Both the position numbers and the translations under genes were made by a program. Below, one piece after another: positions 1 through 8,502 of a DNA stretch of 64,000 bases; the stretch's first letter is position 1; each line of letters opens with the position of its first letter. Source of the DNA: a virus; the IMG/VR virus record IMGVR_UViG_3300045988_171958, positions 32,001 to 96,000 of that record; one strand, given 5' to 3'. The notes beneath the pieces were generated by a model. That model was not told the DNA's origin, searched no databases, and saw only the letters and a program-made list of their open reading frames with translations.

Positions 1-1
1 T

Positions 2-130
2 CCTATCTATTTTCTTTCACATGATCCGGCATTGACTAATCGTTCTATCATATATTCTTTTAAGGATGATCTTGATGATGCAGGTATTTTTGTTACAGAA
101 TTCTTTACGGATTTACGAGATTGCCTATAA
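2..130 (+). CDS. 3' end of an upstream gene (partial, open to the window edge)
   Basis: Frame-2 reading frame is open from the window edge to TAA at 128-130 (..FVTEFFTDLRDCL*). Too short to identify. Confidence 0.25.
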   Translation, partial: PIYFLSHDPALTNRSIIYSFKDDLDDAGIFVTEFFTDLRDCL

Positions 131-131
131 A

Positions 132-222
132 TTCTCCAGGGAAGCGCCTGGGTCACACAGGGAGCGGAAGAATATGTTTCAGTATATTCTATCAGCTAAG
201 ACAATTTTAACGTCCTTGGCAC
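132..222 (+). repeat. GC-rich structured element, copy A (family of four)
   Basis: Core AGCGCCTGGGTCACACAGGGAGCGGAA at 143-169 and an inner hairpin GAATAT/ATATTC at 170-189. The 3' arm TCCTTGG..AC (213-222) is complementary to the core. About 53 of 60 positions match the reverse complement of 46087-46178 in my hand alignment. Confidence 0.7.
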
Positions 223-231
223 AATAATTTA

Positions 232-255
232 AGTTCTTGAACAGAACTATGAAAA
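232..255 (-). repeat. post-stop motif ..TAGTTCTGTTCAAGAACTT (copy on minus strand)
   Basis: The reverse complement reads GTTTTCATAGTTCTGTTCAAGAACTT. The same GTTCTGTTCAAGAA hairpin motif occurs at 3730-3754 and 34965-34993. Confidence 0.5.
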
Positions 256-256
256 C

Positions 257-292
257 AAAAAAGAGAACCTTCAATTGAAAGTTCTCTTTTCT
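257..292 (-). terminator. intrinsic terminator of the 311-1591 gene
   Basis: Stem AAGAGAAC (261-268) / GTTCTCTT (281-288), flanked by A- and T-runs, 20 nt beyond the stop codon. Confidence 0.7.
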
Positions 293-310
293 TTTATATT
301 ATTTATCCTC

Positions 311-1591
311 TTATTTATTTTCAAGCATTGCAAGTTCTTTACTTAATGAAGAAAGAATAGCAATTTTTGTAGGATCATTCTTATAAGATTCTGCAAGTTG
401 CTGTATCTTCATACGGCGAGATTCAATCTTTGCATCTTTATTTGCTTGCAGTTGTTCATGTATCTGTGCATAAGAATCAGGGTCTTCTTTCTTCAAATCT
501 TCATCAATACGAGCTTGGTAGTTTTCACGAAGATTTATGTTAGTCAAAGACTTGATTTGATCTAATGCTTCATGCATGTATTCAAAATTCTGGCATTCAT
601 TACACTTTACTTGTGCACTACGATTCCAAGTCAGTGTAACATTCTCTTTACCTTCTACAATTGTAGCAATACTACCATCTGCACATTCAAGAACTTTAGC
701 TGTATCTACTTCACAAATGTTATTCATACCTTCTTGTACAGTAGCTACATTTGCTACAATATTCATGAAGTTAGTCTTTGTTCCACCAAACATAGTAGTA
801 GAAAGGTTGTCACAATAAACTTTAAAGTCTACTGTATTGTTGAATGATTCATCTACAATACCATCCTTCTTAAGTTGAATACCAGATTCAGCAAGAACAA
901 AAGTAAATGGCTTTTCACCAAAGTTAGGAGTCCAAGTAAATACAAGACTTTCATCTACCTTTTCAAAGTTAGGAAGAAGATAGTTGATAGTATTGAAAGT
1001 CTGATCTTCACACATCTTATTCTCTACTTTACCTTCTTTGATACAATAAGTAAGTCCATTTACACAGAACCAAGTTTCATCTTCATTCACAATAGCATAA
1101 GACAATGGATTGATCAGAGAATACTGTTGTGTACGTACTTCATCAACATGCATTGTACCATATACTTCTTTACAAATGTTTCTGAATTCTGGAATGTACT
1201 GGATGGATTTTAATGCTCCGGCCTTAATATACTGTACTACTTCTGATTCATTCATTTCAAGAAGCTTTTCTGCTGTCTTACAACCTTCCTTAGCAATATA
1301 ACCATAAGGATCATTAGAATTTTCAATGATCTCACATGCACTTGCAATCTTCCAACTTATCTTGTTTTCTGTTACATACTTCAGAACGGACTCTAAAATA
1401 GAAGCAATGCCATTGTCATACTTGTGGTTGCATGCTTCAGATATGAAACCATTGACAAGGCCGTAGCTTGCTGGATTTGTGTAAAGATAGCCACGATAAG
1501 ATTTCAAGAATTCCTTACCTGACTCGGTAATAGCCTCTGTCATATTGAGCTTTTCAGCAAATTGAAGGCCTTTAATCAAATTTAGATTCAT
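311..1591 (-). CDS. hypothetical protein with a C-terminal coiled-coil (possible virion or scaffold protein)
   Basis: 426-aa ORF; all overlapping plus-strand ORFs are short and low-complexity. The charged C-terminal ~80 aa (..EDLKKEDPDSYAQIHEQLQANKDAKIESRRMKIQQLAE..) looks like a coiled coil. No family recognised. Confidence 0.8.
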   Translation of the reverse strand: MNLNLIKGLQFAEKLNMTEAITESGKEFLKSYRGYLYTNPASYGLVNGFISEACNHKYDNGIASILESVLKYVTENKISWKIASACEIIENSNDPYGYIAKEGCKTAEKLLEMNESEVVQYIKAGALKSIQYIPEFRNICKEVYGTMHVDEVRTQQYSLINPLSYAIVNEDETWFCVNGLTYCIKEGKVENKMCEDQTFNTINYLLPNFEKVDESLVFTWTPNFGEKPFTFVLAESGIQLKKDGIVDESFNNTVDFKVYCDNLSTTMFGGTKTNFMNIVANVATVQEGMNNICEVDTAKVLECADGSIATIVEGKENVTLTWNRSAQVKCNECQNFEYMHEALDQIKSLTNINLRENYQARIDEDLKKEDPDSYAQIHEQLQANKDAKIESRRMKIQQLAESYKNDPTKIAILSSLSKELAMLENK

Positions 1592-1629
1592 TTTAGTTTT
1601 TGGTATAATTTATTTATGACTAGGTTCGG

Positions 1630-1658
1630 ATGAAACCGAAACACTTAATTTCTATTTT
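1630..1658 (+). promoter_or_regulatory. promoter (ATGAAACC-N12-TTCTATTTT variant)
   Basis: Matches the window-wide TTTGAAAT-N12-TTCTATATT architecture, 49 nt upstream of the ATG at 1707. Confidence 0.45.
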
Positions 1659-1706
1659 ATTAAAGTACAAGATTTAATTCTTAGTTGTTTAAAAATAAAA
1701 TAATTT

Positions 1707-2360
1707 ATGATAAATTTCAATTTCATAATTGATTGCTTAGCTTCATTAAATACTATGAGGAATGATGTTGGGTCTATGAAAAACATCAATATTCTTTCTG
1801 ATATGATTAAAGAAGCTATATTGGACAATCAAACAATATATATTACAGGAATAGGTAAGCCAGGATATATAGCTCAAAAGAATGCTGCCACATTGAAATC
1901 AATAATGGTTGATGGACAATTCATAGATGCGTGCTTAGCAGGACATGGAGATTTAGGACCTATTTCAACTGACAAACCATCTTTGTTGATTGCTATGTCA
2001 AAATCTGGATGTTCAAATGAACTTTATGTGTTGTTCAAATACATGAAACAATTGCGACCAAAATGTAAAATTGCAATGATTTGCATGTCAAATGAAATGC
2101 AATTGAATAAAGTAAGGTCATGTAAAGATATTGATTTTATTTGCCATATAAAGACAGATCCAGGAGAGTTGGATGGATTTGGAATTGTACCGGCTACATC
2201 AAATATAATATTTGAAGCAGTAATGTCCACAGCTATATCTGGGGCATTCAATTCAGAAGAGCTTGGTATGGTAAACATGTGTGAAAGATTGCAAAAGAGT
2301 CATCCATCAGGAACATTGCAATCAAAAGTTACTAATCTTTTGAATACTTTAAGAAATTAA
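1707..2360 (+). CDS. SIS-domain sugar-phosphate isomerase, KdsD/KpsF-like (arabinose-5-phosphate isomerase type)
   Basis: IYITGIGKPGYIAQKNAATLKS resembles the GxGKSGxIgxKiaATlaS SIS motif. ..AGHGDLGPIS..LLIAMSKSGCSNEL resembles the HGDLG / SxSGxtxE motifs of KdsD. No CBS domains are present. Confidence 0.7.
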   Translation: MINFNFIIDCLASLNTMRNDVGSMKNINILSDMIKEAILDNQTIYITGIGKPGYIAQKNAATLKSIMVDGQFIDACLAGHGDLGPISTDKPSLLIAMSKSGCSNELYVLFKYMKQLRPKCKIAMICMSNEMQLNKVRSCKDIDFICHIKTDPGELDGFGIVPATSNIIFEAVMSTAISGAFNSEELGMVNMCERLQKSHPSGTLQSKVTNLLNTLRN

Positions 2361-2368
2361 TCTATATT
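2339..2368 (+). promoter_or_regulatory. promoter-like element (TTTGAATA-N13-ATCTATATT)
   Basis: Lies in the last codons of the SIS gene, and a second TCTATATT box follows at about 2377. Positioned upstream of the ATG at 2402. Confidence 0.4.
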
Positions 2369-2401
2369 AATATTGTCTATATTAGTATTGATTTAAAATT
2401 G

Positions 2402-3727
2402 ATGAAAATGAAAAAGAATTGTTTATTTGTTGTTCAGTCACATTATCCAGAAAGCCATTATATGGAGCTTAACTTAGAGTTAGTTTTTCCATTCTATTTG
2501 GTTACAGATGGAGAAAAAACTATAATTGAGAGAAAGATTGATGAGTTGCTTAATAAATATGATGGGGATATTTATGTTTATGAGGCATTTCATGAATATG
2601 CCGAGTTGCTAAATTCATTTCTTTGCCACAATAGAGAATCTTATGATAGAGTGCATGTAATTTCCGAAATTGATCGAATGGGTGATTTGACAAAAACTTT
2701 TTCTATTGAATGTTGGGATAAAGGTATCAGAGAAGAATTTGACCAAAAGAAATATCTTAGGGATTTGTCAACTAAAAATACATGCAGATATTTCAATCAG
2801 ATTAAAATTGAAGATGATAAAGTAATTAAGATTGCAAAGACAGAAGATGCTATCAAATTACAAAAAATTGAAAATGATTTCTACGACAAATATAGCAATA
2901 TACCATGTTTGTGCGGAAAACAAGGATATGATGAAAATAAACATGAATTGATTTTGAATAAAATCGACGGAGTAACAGCTCAAGAATGGTATTATAAAAA
3001 TGGTGATTTTAAGAAATTGATTTCTAATGTAATCAAAGCTTTACATACCATTAATGATGTTGATATAGATGTAGATGATGAAGATGAAGATATCAGAAGA
3101 GCATTCTACAATGAATTGATTGGAAAGGTATATACTAGGGTAAATCCATGTAAGAAATTGATTGATTATTTCATTGAAGAAACAGAAGTAAGGTGTATTG
3201 ATTACATGCCAATTACAACACATTTTAATGTATTGATGGATGCATTAAAGAAATGGTATGAAAATAATGAAATCAATTTCAATGCATGTCTTTGTCATGG
3301 TGACCCAAATACAGATAATACAATGATTGATAAAGATGGTAATGTAATCTTTATTGATCCTCGTGGATATTTTGGGAATCTTAAGACAATTGGATTAGGA
3401 ATGGCAGAATATGATATTGCAAAATTCTGCTATGGACTTAATGGATATTCAAGATTCAACAGTGCTCCTTATGTCACAATTGAAGAAATTGATTATTCTG
3501 ATGGTATGAATCTTAAATTAGAATATCCATCTGGTGATTTTTCTTCAATTACACAAATTGATTTGGATGATATGCCAATTGATACAAATATAAAGATTAT
3601 CGTTGGTATTATTTGGATGAAATTGACTTCATATATTATAAATGATCCAATGAAGAGTGTAATTGCTTATCTTTATGGAAATGCAATTTGTACAAAATAT
3701 TTAAAGGAATTAAAATATCTAAAGTAA
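2402..3727 (+). CDS. two-domain protein with a C-terminal APH/choline-kinase-like phosphotransferase
   Basis: CLCHGDPNTDNTMIDKDGNVIFIDPRG matches the HxDxxxxN catalytic loop plus IDxx(G) of the aminoglycoside/choline kinase fold. The N-terminal ~200 aa is unassigned. The first ATG is at 2402; the ORF track starts at the TTG at 2399. Confidence 0.7.
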   Translation: MKMKKNCLFVVQSHYPESHYMELNLELVFPFYLVTDGEKTIIERKIDELLNKYDGDIYVYEAFHEYAELLNSFLCHNRESYDRVHVISEIDRMGDLTKTFSIECWDKGIREEFDQKKYLRDLSTKNTCRYFNQIKIEDDKVIKIAKTEDAIKLQKIENDFYDKYSNIPCLCGKQGYDENKHELILNKIDGVTAQEWYYKNGDFKKLISNVIKALHTINDVDIDVDDEDEDIRRAFYNELIGKVYTRVNPCKKLIDYFIEETEVRCIDYMPITTHFNVLMDALKKWYENNEINFNACLCHGDPNTDNTMIDKDGNVIFIDPRGYFGNLKTIGLGMAEYDIAKFCYGLNGYSRFNSAPYVTIEEIDYSDGMNLKLEYPSGDFSSITQIDLDDMPIDTNIKIIVGIIWMKLTSYIINDPMKSVIAYLYGNAICTKYLKELKYLK

Positions 3728-3729
3728 TG

Positions 3730-3754
3730 AACATCACTTGGTTCTGTTCAAGAA
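3730..3754 (+). repeat. post-stop motif AACATCACTT-GGTTCTGTTCAAGAA
   Basis: Starts 3 nt after the stop codon at 3725-3727. It is near-identical to 34965-34991, which also directly follows a stop codon. Confidence 0.5.
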
Positions 3755-3770
3755 ATAAAGTTAAAATAAA

Positions 3771-3800
3771 AATTGGGATATCAAATACTGTATCCCAATT
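3771..3800. terminator. bidirectional terminator between convergent genes
   Basis: Stem AATTGGGATA (3771-3780) / TATCCCAATT (3791-3800), flanked by AAAA and TTTT. The right arm overlaps the last codons of the minus-strand gene. Confidence 0.7.
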
Positions 3801-4062
3801 TTGCTCCAACTGCTGTTAAAATTAATCGACTTGTCATTAAACTACCTAATGGACCCTTCAAATCAATTCCAAGAACATTAGCAACAGCTTTCATTATTGT
3901 AGGGCCAACAGTAAAAGCTGCAGCACCAGCAAATAAACCAGTAAAAAGTCCTTCTTCTATTGGTTTACCTTGTTCTTTAGATTCTTGAAGTGACTTAATG
4001 ATGTCATCATAAACTTGAGATTCATTTATAGGTTTCTCAAGATACTCATTTATTTGTTTCAT
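3781..4062 (-). CDS. small hypothetical protein with a Gly/Ala-rich hydrophobic segment
   Basis: 93-aa ORF co-oriented with the downstream structural block. Its K/E-rich composition is typical of this genome, unlike the overlapping plus-strand ORF 3773-3988. Confidence 0.55.
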   Translation of the reverse strand: MKQINEYLEKPINESQVYDDIIKSLQESKEQGKPIEEGLFTGLFAGAAAFTVGPTIMKAVANVLGIDLKGPLGSLMTSRLILTAVGAKLGYSI

Positions 4063-4166
4063 TGGATCACCTTAATTAATCTGAAATTATATCATTTGTT
4101 GTTTTCTTTTTCTTAGAATCTTCTGTTACCATTCCTTCACAATAAGTATGAATATGGTTAGTTTGA

Positions 4167-4709
4167 TTACATGGTACCTCCGTTATTACTGTTTCCATTG
4201 TCTTTATTGTCATTATTTTTGTTTTCTTCAGAATTACCTGATTTAGCTTCAGCCTTCATAGATTTGATAATATCCGCAATTTTTGGACCTTTTGTCTTGG
4301 ACCAACCAGATGATTGATATCCATAAGGTTTCAAATTATCTAACAAGAAACTGAAATCAGATGAAAATTCTGTTATCAAAACTTTACAAGTTGAATCAAG
4401 TTGCTTAGTTAATGTGGCAACCTTTGCTTGTGTATTAGCAAGACATCCAGCCACAGTAGTTGGTATCAAGAAACCTCCATCAAAGAAACTGTCTTTTGCT
4501 TCTTCTTGACCAGACATTACTTTAATCCATCCTTTAACTGTTGTTTCAAAAGCTGGCCATTGCTTGAATGTACCGGCATCACCCTTTACTGATTTATCTT
4601 TATTATCTTGCTGATCTTGGTCGTTATTCTGATCATTATTCTGACCATTATTTTGATTGTTATTTTGCTGATCTTCTGCTTCCAAAATCAAATCACTTAA
4701 GCTTTTCAT
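4167..4709 (-). CDS. hypothetical protein with N/Q/D-rich low-complexity termini
   Basis: 180-aa ORF. The N-terminus is QQNNNQNNGQNNDQNNDQDQQDNKDK and the C-terminus is NKNNDNKDNGNSNNGG, flanking a ~110-aa ordered-looking core. Confidence 0.7.
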   Translation of the reverse strand: MKSLSDLILEAEDQQNNNQNNGQNNDQNNDQDQQDNKDKSVKGDAGTFKQWPAFETTVKGWIKVMSGQEEAKDSFFDGGFLIPTTVAGCLANTQAKVATLTKQLDSTCKVLITEFSSDFSFLLDNLKPYGYQSSGWSKTKGPKIADIIKSMKAEAKSGNSEENKNNDNKDNGNSNNGGTM

Positions 4710-4735
4710 CTTTTAATTTTCTATAAGTTTGGAAA

Positions 4736-4763
4736 GTTGGCAATGTACCGGTACATTGCCAAC
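4736..4763 (-). terminator. perfect 28-nt palindrome / hairpin terminator
   Basis: GTTGGCAATGTACC|GGTACATTGCCAAC lies between the stop of 4773-6416 and the start of 4167-4709. Confidence 0.65.
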
Positions 4764-4772
4764 TCTATAGAT

Positions 4773-6416
4773 TTAGAATTTCTTACCTCCTCGTATTGCT
4801 GAATTCCTCATCTGCTCTGCAATCATCTTTTCAGCAAGTTGTAATGCTTCATCATCTTCGGCATTCTCATAAATTCTTGCGCAAGTAATAAATGATCTAC
4901 AACTAACTTCAATAGGTTTTCCTTCTTCAACTAATTTTTCAAGATAATTCATAGCTTTAGCTTTTGATGACATTGAAAGATGATTAGATTCAATATTTGG
5001 CATAATACCACGAATTATTTCAAGCAAATCCTTAGTAGAGAAATCAAGTGATTGTGTAAATGCTCTATTTCGTAATGCTGTATCAATTTGTCCAACACTA
5101 TAGTTTGTAATGACAATCATACCGCATTTATTGTAATGTGATTTAGGGACTGGAACACCTTCATCATCTTTAAGTTCACCGGAAACTTTATATGATACAA
5201 GACGACCTTCATCATCTGCTGTTGAATCAAGGGCCGCCTTAAGAATATTGATACAATCTTCTGGTGCTTTTGGACCTACCAATGAATCAGCATCATCAAC
5301 TAAAACAATATCACCCTTACCTTTATTGTTATAAAGTGTTAAATAAAGCTGTCTAGGTGTACATTTACCTTTTACAGTATTATCGGCAGTCATAGTATAT
5401 CCTGCTGCCTTCAATTGTTGCTTTACACGGAAAGTCTTACCGATACCAGGAGCACCACAAAGAATTACAGCAGGTTGAATTCCTTTAATAACCATCTTTA
5501 TATATAACTGCATTTCCTTAAATGCTGTCTTAGGATCTGACTTAGCAGTTTCAATCTTCTTTTCTGCTTCTGCAGCACCGGCAATAGTAGATGATACTGA
5601 AACATTTTTCTTTACAGAGCATTCAAGATCATCTAAAGATGTTGCACCACCTTTAATAGCATTCAATATCTGACGATATTCTTTATAAAGAGCTTTACCA
5701 AGATCTGGGTCAGTATTTGTTTTCATTTGGGCATATACTTCTTTCTTACGATCTTCAAGTTCTGTTTCATTGATCCACTGATAAGATTCTCCAATCTTCT
5801 TATATTTATGACCAAGATTTAAATGGTACTTTTCAATAACCTTATCTTCAGAAATTCCTTCATAAATATGATATTTCTGGGCACCAAAATACATGTCACA
5901 AGAAATACATTCATTCTTGGTATCATATACTTTACGTCCAAGCTTTACTGCTTCTTCTGATGAAATATCAAACTTACCACTATTTATTACATTTGCAATT
6001 ACTGGAATATAATAAACAATACTAGCACCCATCATTTTGATTTCCAGTTGTGCTTTAATTGGTTTATTGTCATCACCACCAAAAAATAATGAAGCAGTAT
6101 TTGTTTGATTGAAGAAAGCAACTGAATAAGGTACCATAGATTGGCCGCTCTTCAAGAAGTTGATACTGAATGATGATTTTGGAATGCTTCCACCCTTATC
6201 TGATACAATATACATTACAGAGCTGCAATCATTACCATCTACTTTCAAATCAGATACACCTAAAGACCATACATGTCCTATGGTAATTTCTTTCTTCAAT
6301 ATGTTGAGAATTGTCTTCTTTGCTTTATTATAATCTTTCTCTTTAAATGCCTCATTCATCCATTGAGAAGATTCTTCTAATAATGTTTTCTTATTTACAA
6401 AATCTAAAAATGACAT
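4773..6416 (-). CDS. AAA+ ATPase with an unassigned ~300-aa N-terminal domain
   Basis: Walker A is ILCGAPGIGKTF and Walker B is IVLVDDADS. A sensor-like ITNY..ALRNRAF segment follows. Confidence 0.8.
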   Translation of the reverse strand: MSFLDFVNKKTLLEESSQWMNEAFKEKDYNKAKKTILNILKKEITIGHVWSLGVSDLKVDGNDCSSVMYIVSDKGGSIPKSSFSINFLKSGQSMVPYSVAFFNQTNTASLFFGGDDNKPIKAQLEIKMMGASIVYYIPVIANVINSGKFDISSEEAVKLGRKVYDTKNECISCDMYFGAQKYHIYEGISEDKVIEKYHLNLGHKYKKIGESYQWINETELEDRKKEVYAQMKTNTDPDLGKALYKEYRQILNAIKGGATSLDDLECSVKKNVSVSSTIAGAAEAEKKIETAKSDPKTAFKEMQLYIKMVIKGIQPAVILCGAPGIGKTFRVKQQLKAAGYTMTADNTVKGKCTPRQLYLTLYNNKGKGDIVLVDDADSLVGPKAPEDCINILKAALDSTADDEGRLVSYKVSGELKDDEGVPVPKSHYNKCGMIVITNYSVGQIDTALRNRAFTQSLDFSTKDLLEIIRGIMPNIESNHLSMSSKAKAMNYLEKLVEEGKPIEVSCRSFITCARIYENAEDDEALQLAEKMIAEQMRNSAIRGGKKF

Positions 6417-6419
6417 ATC

Positions 6420-6620
6420 TTATTTTACGTAATTTGATTTTTTATCTTTAACAATTTCATAATTGTTTCCTTTTTCTGCATCTGACACAGCCTTTTTAGC
6501 TTGACCTTCAGTGTCACAAACCGTGATGATGGTACCATCATCTTTGTCTTTTACAACGAATACTTCAGCTTCTTCTTCAAAAACTAAAGCATCATTTAAT
6601 GACTCTAATAAACTTTTCAT
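6420..6620 (-). CDS. small acidic hypothetical protein
   Basis: 66-aa ORF tightly packed between neighbours, 3 nt after the downstream gene start. Confidence 0.55.
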   Translation of the reverse strand: MKSLLESLNDALVFEEEAEVFVVKDKDDGTIITVCDTEGQAKKAVSDAEKGNNYEIVKDKKSNYVK

Positions 6621-6662
6621 TTTATTTATTCTAAAGATATCTTTATAGATAAAAATATTGAT

Positions 6663-7562
6663 TTATTTAATAGCACCACTATCAAATTTTCCATTTTTCA
6701 TTCTATTTAAAGCAGAACCTTCTTTATCTGGATAACTGCTTGGTTTAGAACCCTTTTCTTGCCCAGCTTTATCAGTTTGTGGCATTTCACCTCTAGAAGG
6801 AGCATTATCTTCTGGGTAATTATTTATCTTTACATTCCAAATATTGTCACAAATAACTTGCAAAGCTTTCTTTCTTATATCTTCACCTTTATCTGTATCA
6901 ATATTCATTTTCTGTAAGAATATCTTAGCTGGTTCTTCTTGTAATTTATCATCCACATAATCATGAATCTTTTCTCTATCCCATTCTTTATCATATAAGT
7001 TAGGACCATTTGTCTTTCCTGATGGTATTTCAGGATCTTCATCTCTAGCTGCTATAGCTGCAGCAATATTACCTTGTACAGCTTTCAACATCTGGATAGG
7101 ACTTATATCGGCATCATAATCAAAGCATACCATTTCACCTTCTGGATTAATCATAGCACACTCTGACCAACGATGATGTCCATCTATTACATAATTACCT
7201 CTAAATGTTACTAATGGCATGCCAGCAGTAATGATTTCATCTTTAAACAAATCTTTCATGTTGTCAGGATTAGTAAGACTATGTTTTACAGATTTGTCAA
7301 CATCTATTTCATTTTGTGTTGGTCTCAATTTCAATGGTTTGATAAGCTTTACTTTAAATACAAACTTTGTATCTCCTAAATCTCCACCAAAACCATCCTC
7401 AAGCAAAGTCTTTGCTTTGGGGTCATCAAGCATTTTGTTAAGTATCTTTACATAATCAGGATATTTCTTTCCCTTAAGCCACTTTTCTAATTCTTCTTTA
7501 CGTTCTTTATTAGAATGTGTTGTTCTTGCATTTTCAAATATGTAATCTTCTAATCCTACCAT
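6663..7562 (-). CDS. ParB/sulfiredoxin-like nuclease-domain protein
   Basis: LRPTQNEIDVDK followed ~45 aa later by VIDGHHRW resembles the ParB N-terminal domain motifs (RPTQ ... DGxHR). Confidence 0.6.
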   Translation of the reverse strand: MVGLEDYIFENARTTHSNKERKEELEKWLKGKKYPDYVKILNKMLDDPKAKTLLEDGFGGDLGDTKFVFKVKLIKPLKLRPTQNEIDVDKSVKHSLTNPDNMKDLFKDEIITAGMPLVTFRGNYVIDGHHRWSECAMINPEGEMVCFDYDADISPIQMLKAVQGNIAAAIAARDEDPEIPSGKTNGPNLYDKEWDREKIHDYVDDKLQEEPAKIFLQKMNIDTDKGEDIRKKALQVICDNIWNVKINNYPEDNAPSRGEMPQTDKAGQEKGSKPSSYPDKEGSALNRMKNGKFDSGAIK

Positions 7563-7563
7563 T

Positions 7564-8481
7564 TTATTTACCTATCAAATCTGATTTTGTCTTTTCTGCC
7601 CAATATTCAGAATTGTCATATATTTTCTTTATGAATTTTTTATTTCCTAAATATTCAAACAGTTCATAATTAAAATATAGATAATGATCTTTATCATTTA
7701 ATTTTTCTGATTGGAATCTTATGGCACATATATTTTCACTAAGCTTATCTACTGTTGCAAGTATGTATATCTTTTCTGTATTTCCATCTTCATAAGAATA
7801 CCTATATGAATAATGTCCCAATTTATTCATATCATGTTTCTTACATCCATAAAATATGATATCAAGCAGATTAGAAGGTACTTTCTTATTGATTAATGGG
7901 AAACTTACTTTATATATCAATGGATCTAGATAAATAGACTTCAATTCTTCCACTTTAGAATTTACTATTGTCTTATCTTCTGATCCTAAAATATCTTCAG
8001 ATAACCCTTTTAAAGTATCTATTACTGGTATACCTAATGGCTTATAAAATTCAATCAGATTTTTCCAATTTACAACATAAGTAATATCTAATCTTTTTAT
8101 TTGCTTAGTATATCTTTCAAAATAATCATTTTCAAATATCTTTTCAGAAACTTCTAATTCTATCAAAAGATCATTATTCTTAAGATATTCTATCTGTTCT
8201 TTCCAGTAATTATCTATATTATCTAAATCTCCTACAAACAACAGATATCCATCAAGTTCTCTAAGTTCATCAGTTAACCAATAACAGCAATCTTTAGCTG
8301 CTCTACTCAATAATGAATATTCTACTTCATTTATTGATTTATAACATAAATGTATAGCTGTAATGTCTATATTGGAAGTATTTTGATCTGAAGAAATATT
8401 GTTATTTTCATCATTTATTCTTTTCCATACATCCCTATTTACTAAAACTGGGGATGATTTTTTCAGTTCTTCTACTGTCAT
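7564..8481 (-). CDS. hypothetical protein
   Basis: 305-aa ORF that ends 1 nt before the next gene start. No family recognised. Confidence 0.7.
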   Translation of the reverse strand: MTVEELKKSSPVLVNRDVWKRINDENNNISSDQNTSNIDITAIHLCYKSINEVEYSLLSRAAKDCCYWLTDELRELDGYLLFVGDLDNIDNYWKEQIEYLKNNDLLIELEVSEKIFENDYFERYTKQIKRLDITYVVNWKNLIEFYKPLGIPVIDTLKGLSEDILGSEDKTIVNSKVEELKSIYLDPLIYKVSFPLINKKVPSNLLDIIFYGCKKHDMNKLGHYSYRYSYEDGNTEKIYILATVDKLSENICAIRFQSEKLNDKDHYLYFNYELFEYLGNKKFIKKIYDNSEYWAEKTKSDLIGK

Positions 8482-8502
8482 AGCATTTCATATTCATATA
8501 TT

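Noticed and set aside
132-222. The four GC-rich elements as a CRISPR array or as tRNA genes
   Set aside because: They are dispersed 11-34 kb apart in both orientations, with no repeat-spacer periodicity. None folds into a cloverleaf, and no T-loop (GTTCGAAT-type) motif is present.
572-1301. Plus-strand ORFs (572-847, 576-818, 875-1213, 1110-1301) inside the 311-1591 gene
   Set aside because: They are short, Phe/Ile/Cys/Ser-rich and low-complexity, as expected from the antisense of an AT-rich gene. The minus-strand ORF is long and protein-like.
3773-3988. Plus-strand 71-aa ORF overlapping 3781-4062
   Set aside because: It begins inside the bidirectional terminator hairpin and has no promoter motif. 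Its Pro/Ala/Ser-rich product is atypical for this genome, so the minus-strand ORF was preferred. Confidence in either is moderate.
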